Positions 51,801 through 62,900 of a DNA stretch of 64,000 nt are shown here, piece after piece (the stretch's first letter is position 1; each line of letters starts with the position of its first letter). Source of the DNA: Raillietiella orientalis (taxonomy: Eukaryota). The stretch covers positions 2,790,001-2,854,000 of the forward strand of contig JAYWIR010000003.1 of the NCBI GenBank assembly GCA_036172245.1, read 5' to 3'. The notes under the pieces are model-generated. The model ran no database searches. It was not told the DNA's origin and saw nothing but the letters and a program-made list of their open reading frames with translations. A program made the translations under genes and the position numbers.

Positions 51801-52559
51801 AACGTGCGAACGATCCTGGATAACCCAGGAGATTCTCACTGCGTGGGGGACCTGCGAGCTGGCGGCTTTCTGACAAACCAAACTGCGCCTGCTCCCCACC
51901 GCCTTCACCCTAATGAAGGGGCTCGTTGCTGATCATCATTTCCCCTGAACGACGTGCCTTCTGCAGGATCTCAAGGAGGAGGTAGCAGGGATGCAGTGCT
52001 AGGCACGTTGGGCGCCACCTGCGCCAAAATGCAGCTTAGGAAGTAATAAAGACCTCGAATGGTGCTGAGTAAAAGAAAATCAGGCTTAATTGTTCAGCTG
52101 CTTGCTCGGACCAGGACAAAGGCGAAGGAATTTGAGCACCGCCAAAAGACCCACGTGATGCCTTTCTTCCAGCAAAACGATCTTGCGGTCAATGGAGGCT
52201 TGAACATGCGCCCACAACCCAGGCAACGGTGAGGAGATGCTAAGAGCACTTGCGAGCCCAGGAGATGAAGCCATTCAGCATCTGAGGTCTTGAAAGCAGG
52301 CAGTATGTCAACAGATACTCAGAAGGACCCCACCAATCGAGGGCAAGGAGGGGGTATCGGGCTCGGAGATTGGCCGTTTGTCATATGACGGACCGGACTT
52401 TTTCTCAACCCATTTCCAACACACCGCATATGGTGGTACGTTGAGAATTTCTGTGATGCCTATCATCATCAGGAGAGATGAAACCGGTGCCCAGTGAGAA
52501 GGAAGGCGTCTCGAACTCTGTTTTTTTCTTCTTTCTATGGAGAACAATGAAGCATCATC

Positions 52560-53150
52560 TTGGGATTATAGGCTGAGGTCACCCGCCGTCGCATATGCTT
52601 GTTTCCTTTTTTTTCCACCAGAGAAAGAAGATGGTGATGTTGAGGAGGAAAGGGAAGAGAGCATTCGGCATCACTGGAAAGTGAAAAGGAGAGCGATTCC
52701 CACGATGTTCCAGGAACACTTGATTCCCTCCGTGAGACAACGTCCCGAACAGGCTATGTTGTAGTATGAGTAGAGTCCAAGGATGATCATGAGAAAGGCA
52801 AGCCTGGGATGGAAGAATGTAAAGGGAGACGTAAGGAGAGATGTATATCAGAGGTTCATCCCAATCAAAAACAAACTCCCTGAGTTGTGAGATTTCTTCT
52901 CCTACCTGGCATCGAAAGCAACTGGTTCCTTGCTGCTGTCTTTCGACTTTATCCCATGCTATTATCACGCACAGAATCAACCAGGATCCATTTTGGACAT
53001 TTTGAATGCGTGTTGCTCCTATCTCTTAGCGTAGGCTGTCTTTCAGCTCAAATAAAAGATGGTGGATGATGACGCTTTCGTTGGCTAGCTCGATTTATTC
53101 AGTGTTCGGTTGCTTGGTCCTTATGAACCCAAAATCCATGCAAATCCTCG
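52560..53150 (-). mobile_element. Possible highly degraded LINE reverse-transcriptase remnant
   Basis: Motif-like peptides occur in RT order across different frames: GF (~53130), AFD (52919-52911), LFPFLLNI (52660-52637) and AYA..DL (~52598-52575, YADD-like position). Confidence 0.3.
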
Positions 53151-56100
53151 TGGCAACATGGTGAACGCCAAGATATTCGAGCACTCTAGGAAACCTTTGC
53201 CACCCATCGAGGCTGACCAAATTCGTCCAAATCTTTGCTATGGATGGAGAAACTTCCATGTGTTGAGGAGCCCTGGAAGAGCAGAAGAGTGCACATTCTT
53301 GCCTTGCACTGAGGGTCTTTCATTAAAAGGGTGCCATTTTTTATGAATGAGGTGCACTTTGTGGCATCTCATTAATGAAATTCCTGACAATCCTGAATGG
53401 ATCAGAAGGGTGGTGTCCCGTCTTTAGAGCCAAATTAAGGAGCACATTTCAATGCACGGTCCAGACTAAGACGTTCATTTGGTTCCTGAGTGCCGATTTT
53501 GGATAAGCCTCTAGCAAGGAGTGCCACTGAATGTTGAGGATAAGAGAGAGTGCTCTGATCACACACTGTAAGAAATCGATCGCAGTCTGCAGAAGAATTT
53601 CGGTTTCCTTCGCATTCATGTGTGGCAGCCTCCGAAACAACCAAGGGGGAATCCGCAGTTGATTCACTGAACCAAACCCAGTGGTGAGCAGGGTAGACAG
53701 CCGATATGGAACAGCTCAAATTTTTTCGGTTGCATGGACTCTGGTCCGAAGAACGCCGGCATGAACTGCTCCACCTAGTAACCGGCATGCATCTGTCTAT
53801 GGAAATGCAGCAGCTTCTGTCGTGAAGATCGAAACTGCGCTCTGAAAACTTGCCAAAATGACAAAGCGTAGCCGCCGCCCGCTTGGAACACGCGTTGCCA
53901 TGGTTCGGTTCGGTTCCATGCAATGAAAGTGCCTCCAAGACGAACCAAAATAAGATCGGACGGCGCTGTTCTGAGGAGGGTAGGGGAAGTGGTATAAATA
54001 AATGTAAGGAGTGAGATTGGAATACCATCGTGTTGCTGATGTTTTATACCAGAGTAACCGCACGCTTAAAGCCATCTGTTTCTAGTACAAAGTGAAGCTA
54101 CAAGCACAGCTTTCAGCAAGCTGCCAAGCAATGAGACAGATCAAAAACACGATGGTCCTTGGCGATACAATGATGGCTTCCCTGTCCTCCTATTCAGTTT
54201 ACACTTTGTTGCATTCTTCAATACCTCCAATCTCAAGAATCTTTGCTTTGGCTCGTCACTATTCCCAAGATTGCCAGGAGGCGGAATCTGTGCAGGCGTT
54301 TCGTTCAAGAATAGCCAAGAATCTGTGGTCTCCTGCTTTGGTTTTCTCTCATCTCAGCTGTGTCCTTCCACCAAGAAATGTTTTTCTCTTTTTGAATGGA
54401 ATATTACTCTTCGATTAGCATTCAATAAACAAAGCAGTCGGTTTCTGTGCTGGTTGAAGAGCTTGAGGATCAAAGCAAGAACACCCAACTTGGAAGCATG
54501 ATGTTCACTTTTTCCTTAGGATCAAAAACAGAGTCATCCACAAGAAAGGAACATTCCCTCTCGTGGTTCCTAAAATTCAGAATTGAGAGCAGAAGTCGTA
54601 AAGACCTTGTCCTCGGGGTCTTACCTGAGGCGAATTCTTTCTCCGAACCTTAGAAGCACTCTTGCAACTCCCTACGTAAAGAAACTCTTGCTTGTTCGGA
54701 AACACCACAGTTGAAAAGCGTGCTTGCATGAGCTGAGACTTCTTGCTCTCCTTCTCTTCTTTGGATGTGTGCTAACGCACCTCCTAAGAGCTGTGTTCTC
54801 ATGTTTCTCACGGGCAGATGATAAATTCTCTCTCTTCAGCATGACAGTACCAAAGAACGAGCTGGCTCACGCTGCCCATCTTGCGTAATTAACATCAAGG
54901 ACTTGCATTTTGATGTGCGTTCATGTTAGTGGGTGAAGGTTTGCTCCAAACTGCTTGGATTACTGAAGAGGAGGATTTGGGCACGCAACCCAGGGTCGTG
55001 AGGTTTCCTCGAACGGATGCCGAAATCTCTTACGCATGCAAGAATCCGTAAAGGAATTATATACAAATGAAACCAGCAATAAGCGAACCAGGTTCTTTAT
55101 ATGTGTCTGCACCACTCTTACAATGGCTGCGGATACACATAACACATTCACCTACATTCGTGAAGAAAAGCTGGGGAAGGTCAAGTTCATCGGGAAATAC
55201 CACTTTAAAAAGGTGTTCCAGAGAAAGCAGACAACCCTTTCGTGTCTACTGGAACGATTCCAAGGCTCTTCAGCACATTCTGCTCGAAATTCCGCCGCTG
55301 ACAAGACGGCAAAAGCCATTAGCTTTCTTGGATGCAGGTGGCAGAAAAAGTTGACGCATTTCCGAAGATCAGAATTCGGAAACGAGCGAAATTTAGCTAT
55401 CTCCATCGCAACCGCATCTCAATCTTTCATGGAAAAGGCACCTGGGAAACATAACCCGGATCGACGGAGTTCCTGCCACTTTCATTACCAATTAGGAACA
55501 AGAAAATGACCGCTCTGAAAGAAGAGATGGAGGTGTGCTTCCCTAAGTGGACTCTGATAAGACGACGAGCAGGCTTTTTGCACAAACCGTGACAGGCCCC
55601 ATGGCGTCTTGGGTGGCAAAGACCTCAGAAAAGAGGTCCAGTCTGCGAAAAGCATCTTGAAGCCCATATGCGCGTTCTGTTAGCCAGCGTGCTCCGCACC
55701 CAGAGCTGCTCTCTGCCACCGAGGCTTAGAGCTCTGCGAGGCAGATAAGCTAATCATTCGAAGATCTCGATTCCCGCCTTTCTTGAGGTCAGCGCGCCAA
55801 AGTCCGAGGTTTGCCTAACTCCATGATGGTTTCTCCGAAAACGCGGATGAATCCAACACGGAGGAAGTTCGCGGAGCTGCTGATCGAAGTTAAGGGATCT
55901 GACTACAGGGATCCCTCCTGCATCGGGATCCTTGCAGTCACGCTCCGAGGTCTTTTCGACTTGCTCCTCGCGTGCAGAGGCATTGCTTTGGTAACCCTCA
56001 AATGACAGAGCAGGAAGGCAAAAAGAGCAAATTCTTCCAATGGAAAGAGATTTTCGAAAAATCCAGTGTGTCATTCATGGATGATGCCCAAGGCATAAGA

Positions 56101-56403
56101 GTGCACAAGGACATGACCTTTCTTCATAAGCATCTTCGCCAGCCCCAGGTTATCTTGCATTTTTCTATTTCTTATTAAGATGAGAGGGGGGTTTTGTTTA
56201 TTAGCTCTTTAGTGAGCTCTTCTGTACCTTTTTCTCTTTTTCCCTTCGTAGATTCTTCGAGGATTCGGGAGATCAGCAGCGACTCACAGAGAGATCTCTG
56301 CTAAGGGTGGGAGGAATCCTGATTTATTTTTGCTCCATCCGCTATCTCTCAGCTTTTACTTTTTTGTCTTCTCCGGTCCATCAAGTACTCTTCACTGGGA
56401 GCA

Positions 56404-56990
56404 TCAGAGCACTCGGAAACACCGCCATACAGAGACTTGTGAAGGAGCTCTTCTCCCATTGGTGTCACGCACCGGAAGTGCTCGTGAAGCGGGGACAGAG
56501 CCAGGAAGTCTCAACTCCAGGCTGCTGCTGATAGACATTCTTTTTCTCGTGCTCGCGTTCGGTCGGCGGAGCACCGGGCAGTCGATGCCCGGAGCCGTCC
56601 TAGCGTCATCAATTACAGACTCGGAATCCCATGGCGCTCCCAACTCGGTGTCTACGTGACGCTCGGTGCCGCTTCGCGGACACCGAGAGCACACGACGAG
56701 TGTGGGGCTTCCAGCGGATGTGGAGTGCACCTTCCGGCGGACCACTGTCTTGCGCAGCAGGTCGATCACCTGCCCCACCGTCGTTCCGCTGACGCCCTGA
56801 TCGATTCTCCGGAGGGTGACATCGCCGTCCCTCAGTGTGCGCCGCGGTGCGCCAAGCTGTCCGCGTGCAAACATGCGTCCCACACTCGTCCGACCTCAGA
56901 GTCGAGGCTGCGGCCGAGAGTTAGGTCGAAGCAGGTCTTCCTGAACGTACCTGAAATTGGAACTACCGATTATGAGGTAGGAGTCCGCGG
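56404..56990 (-). pseudogene. Disrupted ORF with weak SGNH/GDSL esterase-like motifs, possibly a CR1/L2-type LINE ORF1 remnant
   Basis: One frame reads YLIIGSSNFRYV (resembles the GDS block) - in-frame TGA - ...GVSGTTVGQVIDLLRKTVV...TLVVCSRCPR (resembles IVVS.ILPR). GC3-rich, coding-like codons. Confidence 0.35.
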
Positions 56991-58445
56991 GACCTCATCA
57001 CCAGGCGTCGCTTAGCTTGAGGAAGCCAGAGCTGCAGCTGACACGCCAAAAGAGGTTCCCCGCGGACGCAGAGCATCCCGGGAGCGCATCCCACGAAGTC
57101 GGTAATCTACCCCCTCCAGAAAGGAGGGAAGAGAGAGGAGGGACACTGGAGGGGGCGTTCTGCGACAGGCGCAGCTGCTTAGGGACGGCTGCTCCTCGTA
57201 CCCGCCACCGAACCTCACCCTGCCCTTCCTGAGCGGTGTCAGGGGATGGGTTATGCCGCTCGCCCAGCTGAAGGTCCATCCGTGGAGTAGCCGGTGCCTC
57301 CGGAGGCCAGGAAGCAGCACAAGTCGCACGGCCCCATGCCTGACCGTCTCTCCGCGTACGGAGGTGGACAGAGGGCTAGAGGCTGCGCGCGCTAATCTCT
57401 CCTAGGTGCGCCGCCGTGCCTTCTGTGGATGTCTGGTTGGGTTCCCCATTTCCCGGAACTAACACTTGTGCTTTCTTTACGACCTCGCAGGGGAGCATGG
57501 GTCGGGCCTGTAATTCGCCGATCGGAATGCCAACCACCATGCGAGAAGACACAAGCGGCGAAAGAACCGCACCTCAACAGCAAGCAGTGTGACTTATCCT
57601 CAGGGTCATGTATAGCCGGGGCACTCCAGCGAATTCGATTTTGACACGGCTTACGCATTGGTTGTTCGCGGAAAGGTTGGTCACTCAAAGTAAGATGCCG
57701 GCAAAAGCTCTCTCCATCAGCGACTCGAGGTCGTCGGGAAGAAATCGGAACCCACAGAGTCCTGTAGTTTCGCGAGGATCACAGAGAAGATGTTAGGGAC
57801 ATCCATGAAGGAAGTTTTTGTGTTCTTTCCAAGAAAATATCAGTTCCATGCTGAATTCGTAGGTGGTTGCGTTTATGTGATTCATGGCTCTCTCTTTCGA
57901 GCCACGTGGCCAAAACTTCACGTGATGTATGGGGTGAAGCGAAGGTATCCCGCCGCATGAAGCGCCCTCGCTGGCCAAGGAAACGGTCGGGTGCTACGGA
58001 GATGTGCCGCGAGGTGCGCGACGCGAAACCGGAATCCCGAAAAGTCCACGTCGCCGTCAAGCTGCACCCGCGGCTGCCCTTCGCAGTTCTGAACGACCCT
58101 TCCTCCGTGGAGGCACAGGGAACAGACGGGACTGAAAAATCAGAGCATCTCCGGAAGATTCATCCAGCTGCCTTTGGAGGAAAGAATACGCCCCTGTTCT
58201 CCATCCCAAGCGTGCAATTCAGTTCGCAGAAGATTGACGATGCTGAAGAAGGTCTCCAGGCAACGTGAAAGACGTCGCCTTTTGAGAAGTTGGAGGCAAT
58301 GCGCTCTGTTCCCTCCCTGCGCTTCATGATGAACGCGCAGCGGAAAGAGAAGTCCATTGGTCAAGGATGTGCGGTAAATCGTCGGGAAGATCAGAGCTTT
58401 CAGTTCAGAGACTGCGTGGCCGTTTAGTAGCAACGATAGATCATT

Positions 58446-58451
58446 TTTATT
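58446..58451 (-). terminator. Candidate polyadenylation signal of the Abd-B-like transcript
   Basis: AATAAA on the minus strand ~620 nt after the stop codon, in an AT-rich stretch, with a U-run (~58579-58563) upstream of it. Confidence 0.35.
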
Positions 58452-59067
58452 TCTCACCAGAAGACTCAGATTGCACTTCTTAATAGACATAAACTTAACA
58501 GAAACACCTCATAAGCACAACGAACTTTCATCCAATTAAAATAGGGATTTCTATACAAACAGAAAAAAAAAAAAAAAAACAAAGAATCAGTGCGCGTTTC
58601 CATAGTTTCCGGTTTTTAATGTTTGCAATAAAAGTGCACCACGACACGAGGAATATTGCACTCTTCTTCTTTCAGAGGATTCTTTTCGAGCCTTCGAAGA
58701 AACCAGCTCCTGAATCTTGGAACTGCATGTGAACGGTTCTGGGGGGAACTTTACTACTGAACATCTGTCGAACAAGATAATTGTTTGGGACATCAATTTT
58801 CTCCAAGTGTACATTACATTATCTACATACCCAGCATTTACAGGGGAAAAAATGGATAGCATATGTTGTGGACTAGATTTTGTTTCCAAATTGTGGAAGC
58901 TGCTGCAGCAGGTTTTCGCTTTCGCATGAGATCCGTGTGTGACGTGGCATCAGAAGATGGTGGCATGGAGCGTAGGGTTTCACTTTCCGGAATCCACCAA
59001 AACCTACTCGATCATTCCATCTTCGTGTTTGGACTCCGCTCGGTGGATCGCATGACCTTGGGAACGA

Positions 59068-59384
59068 TTAGGATGTCGAATTCGCTTGTATGTGTTGGTG
59101 ATCTCGATGCTGTTGCTGTTGTGCCACGCGCTGGCTGTTCTTCTTGTTCTTCATACGGCGGTTCTGGAACCAGATCTTCACTTGTCTCTCGGTGAGCCCC
59201 AAACGGTTAGCAAGTTCCCATCTCTTCTGCTTCGAAACGTATGGGTTGAGCAGGTATTCCTTCTCCAGCTCTAAAGTCTGGTACTTGGAATAAGGTTTGC
59301 GTTTCTTTCTCACAGGGGTTGGGGAGGTCCAGTTCAGGTTGGATGCCACCATTCCAGGAACCGAAGAAGGAAAGGAGAAGAAGC
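59068..59384 (-). CDS. Abd-B: Abdominal-B-class (posterior Hox) homeodomain transcription factor, terminal coding exon; upstream exon(s) not identified in window
   Basis: Translation ...[83 protein letters not shown]...STS*. It shows the Abd-B-type N-arm (RKKRKPYSK), [19 protein letters not shown], a Trp just before the homeodomain and a Q-rich tail. Homeobox 59313-59134; stop TAA at 59070-59068. The exon start is inferred from the acceptor ttctgtctgcttgcag|GC (AG at 59386-59385, phase 1) with a CTAAT branch-point match at 59408-59404. Confidence 0.95.
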
Positions 59385-59913
59385 CTGCAAGCAGACAGAA
59401 ACCATTAGCGAGCGCGTCGGTGCGAACCAATCCTGCCGACTGCCCTTTGATCATCGGGGGGTGGCCCACCTTCCCGTTTTCGCCATGGGTCGAACCGCAG
59501 GCTGTGATCGAACAGCGCAGTACAGCAACGAAATCCGTCGGGACGACGATTTTCACGTGAGCGGAGCGACGAACACGCGCGCACGCGCACTGAGGCGACT
59601 GCCAAGCGCCGTGAACACACGTCGCCCCGAACAGTCGTTCCGACGGTCGCAAAAAAATGCGCATTTGTGATCGGTGTGAACGGTTCGCGCTCCCGCGAAT
59701 AAGCGGAACAAACACCGTTCGTGAATACACCGATCGCCTTTCAGGATTGTCCATCCCGTAGGAAAGCATCCCGGCGGATCGGTTATCTTGGCTCTCTGGA
59801 GACTTTCTCCGCTCGAGATGCAAAAAACGTTGAAATCGAGAGTGCGTTCATGCAGAGGGTGCGTGTGGTTTCCTTGGTATTGCCTCTTGGCATCGAAAAT
59901 CTGACGGAACGAC

Positions 59914-59937
59914 ATATATATATATATATATATATAT
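59914..59937. repeat. (AT)12 microsatellite in the presumed Abd-B intron
   Basis: Perfect dinucleotide run. Confidence 0.95.
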
Positions 59938-62900
59938 AAACACACAAAAGAAGAGGAGAGGGAGGTAAATGAACGAACAAATCTGCAGAAGAAATCTTTC
60001 GTAGATACAGCAGCAAAGCTGAAAGAGCTTTCTTTGTCAAGCGTGCGGAATGAGTAGACACGCGCGCTATGGACTTTTTGCAGACGAGCGACCCGTTGGT
60101 CCAAGTGGGGAGCAGGCTGGACGCCCGCCTCTGGTCAAAACGAACAACCCAAGATTCTCCCCCGCGAGGTACTGCTGCAGACATAAGAGAAACTTTCAAG
60201 TGAAAATCCGTCAAATGTCAAAAATCGATTGATACAGAGCATCTTCTCTCCGAGAAGAAATCTGTGATGACACCATCTTTGCGATGCTAGAAATAACACG
60301 ACAGAAATCCATTGAGAAAAAAAAAAAATGAGCTTCCTGTAAAGCGCACCATCATTCGAATATAAAGAGGATCCAGAGATCGCAGCTTAAATATGACTGT
60401 CAAAGACGCATTTGTGACCAAGTCGGTGCGCTCCAGAATATCTGCGATCAGCGTGCACCGTGGTGCAGGCAGCAGCAAAGTCGACTCAAAGATAACTGAT
60501 AAATCAAACAGCATCCTTCGCATTGTTGGCATCCATCCCATTCATGCGCAAGCTGTTCTCTGAACAGCCTTGCTGCCTTCTTGCGCTTCACTTGGATTCT
60601 TGGCTTGCTCTCGACTGCTGCATCCAATGCGCCATGGCTTCCAAAGGGCACAGAACCAAGGATGACATCCTTGGTTCTGACGGCTGACGGCGCATGCCAC
60701 GTGCATCCATGTGATTCACGTCGACTGCCCCTGGAAACTGCGTCGGCCTCTCTCCAGGACAGCAAAGGCTTGACATCTTGAGCACCGAAAAACTTCGCTC
60801 CGGGCTTCATCCTGATTTCCCTGATGTGCCTTGCGTTTCTGCAACGACCCACGAGACATCTGGCTGATTTGTTTGCATCGTTTTCGTGTGGGTCTCACCT
60901 CGACGGCTCTTCCTCGTTGCCGTTCCTCGCACTTGTTCCTCGAACTCTGCCTCCCCGGAAGCATCCCTGCGCACCTATCTGCCTCGATTTACTAGCCCTG
61001 CATCAACGGGGATCTTGTAAACTTCGAAACGGCTCCGTGACATCTCGCAAATGAAGCCCCAATACCGTGACTCTAAATACACCGCCATTTTCAGTCTTTG
61101 TTCTCGACCAATATGGCTTCTGCTTGCTTCGTGCTATCAGCGTCCGCAGGAGCTGAAATGGCATCCTCCTTTGATGGGAGCAGCCGTCATCCCATTCTTC
61201 TCGACCATCAAGGATTAAAGCTGGAGAGTTATACCACGGTTTTCGCGCTTTCCCTTCCCAAAAATTTGCATTCCCTCCATATCGCAGGCTGGCCTCTCCT
61301 GCTTCGGCAAACGGATCCAGAAAGTGATGGCAAATCCCCGAGGCTTCGTCTTTTTTCAGGCGTATCTCCTCGAAGGTGGCAAACAGTTCGTTACCAGGTT
61401 AGCTTTCCACTGCGGTGTGGTATCGAAGACGTTCTCCCTTCCCATTTGGAAAGAAGGAAAAACAAACAGAACGGAGGTACAAGGATGTGCTCAAAAGGGG
61501 CCCGAGAGCTCATGAGTTACCATTCCGTATCTTAGCATTCGGTGTTTACGTGTCATCGTGAGCCCTTCTGGACGTCACTTGCAATCCACCTACGATTCGA
61601 CCTGACTTCGACACCCTGCGCATCGAAGGTTCTGCTTTGAAATTTGACTTTTCGGATCCATATCTACGTTTGGAGACCATTGCAAGAAGCATCGTTCCAA
61701 CAGAGCTCTTCCGGTGGGGTCCGGCTGGTGAGCATCAAAGAAAGGAAGTTTCGTTTCCTTGCTAAACCATCGTACAGATCCTTCATCCAAACCCATATGG
61801 GATCTGAAGACGAGGATGGCAAGAGCACGTACATGTCAAAATTCGCTGCTGCACTTGGTCTTCTTCAGGCGCAACCTTGAAGTGAAATTTTTTATCACAT
61901 GGTCGACCAGAAAACGAACCGCCTGAACCGAGCAATGATTGATTTGCATTATCACCAGAAAGCTGGTCTTCGAGTCTGCTCTTTACAGCCTGCGAGTTTC
62001 TTCAAGTGCAACTGCGCTTCCGCACCAAAGGAATTCTGCAGAAGATTCTTAAGATATGAGAATACCGGAACACTACTTCTGGAAGGAAACAAAAAATTCG
62101 GAATTTTCAAGGAAACGAATGATCAAGAGCGAAGCAAGACAGTGACGTCACCTTCGATAAAGAATTTCAAAGGCGACCCGAAGCAATTCAGTCCGATCAT
62201 CATTTGAGCAGCTGCAGACAAGAAAATTTCTGAATTTTTTCAAAGTTCCAAGAACCGATGTGTCTAAGTACTCAGTAGTAGGGTTGAAGTTCCCTTGTAC
62301 ACATACAGAACTTCTGATTCTTGACAGTGTTAAAAAGGAAAGGAAACACATTGCCAGAAAAACAGTATCGTTGTGAGGATCGGCGTTCTTTTTTTGGTCA
62401 TTTAACGGCGTCGGGTCAATCACACTGCTGCCCGAAATCCGTTTTGAAGCGGATGTCTCAGTCTCGCAAGGCCTCTTCCTCTATAGGAACGAAATTGTTC
62501 AGCTGAGGCATTCTCTTTGCAATGACAGCCCCGCAAATCAAAATTCAGATTCAGTTTTCGGATTTCAGCAGCTTCTCGCATCTGTGGCTTTCGGTTCTGA
62601 GTGCTCAAGACGCGATGTGGCTATCGCGATCTCGCCCTGAGCGCTCCAAAGAGCTGAGGTTCTGAGTCCGTGTGGGCGTTGAGGTTCGAGTTGGTACTTT
62701 CAGCATGCAGCTGGACGCGCGGACCCGGGCGACCGCTTCCCGCATTTTTCCGGACAGTTTCTAGGATTCGTTCCATCTCAAGAGGCAGAAGAAGACGATG
62801 CGGTATCTCCTCACTGGAACCTCGAATCGCGCGACAAAGTGGTCTTCTTCCCAAACAGGAACTGCTCTCCCTCCTCACGAATTGAATCGAAATTTTGCGT

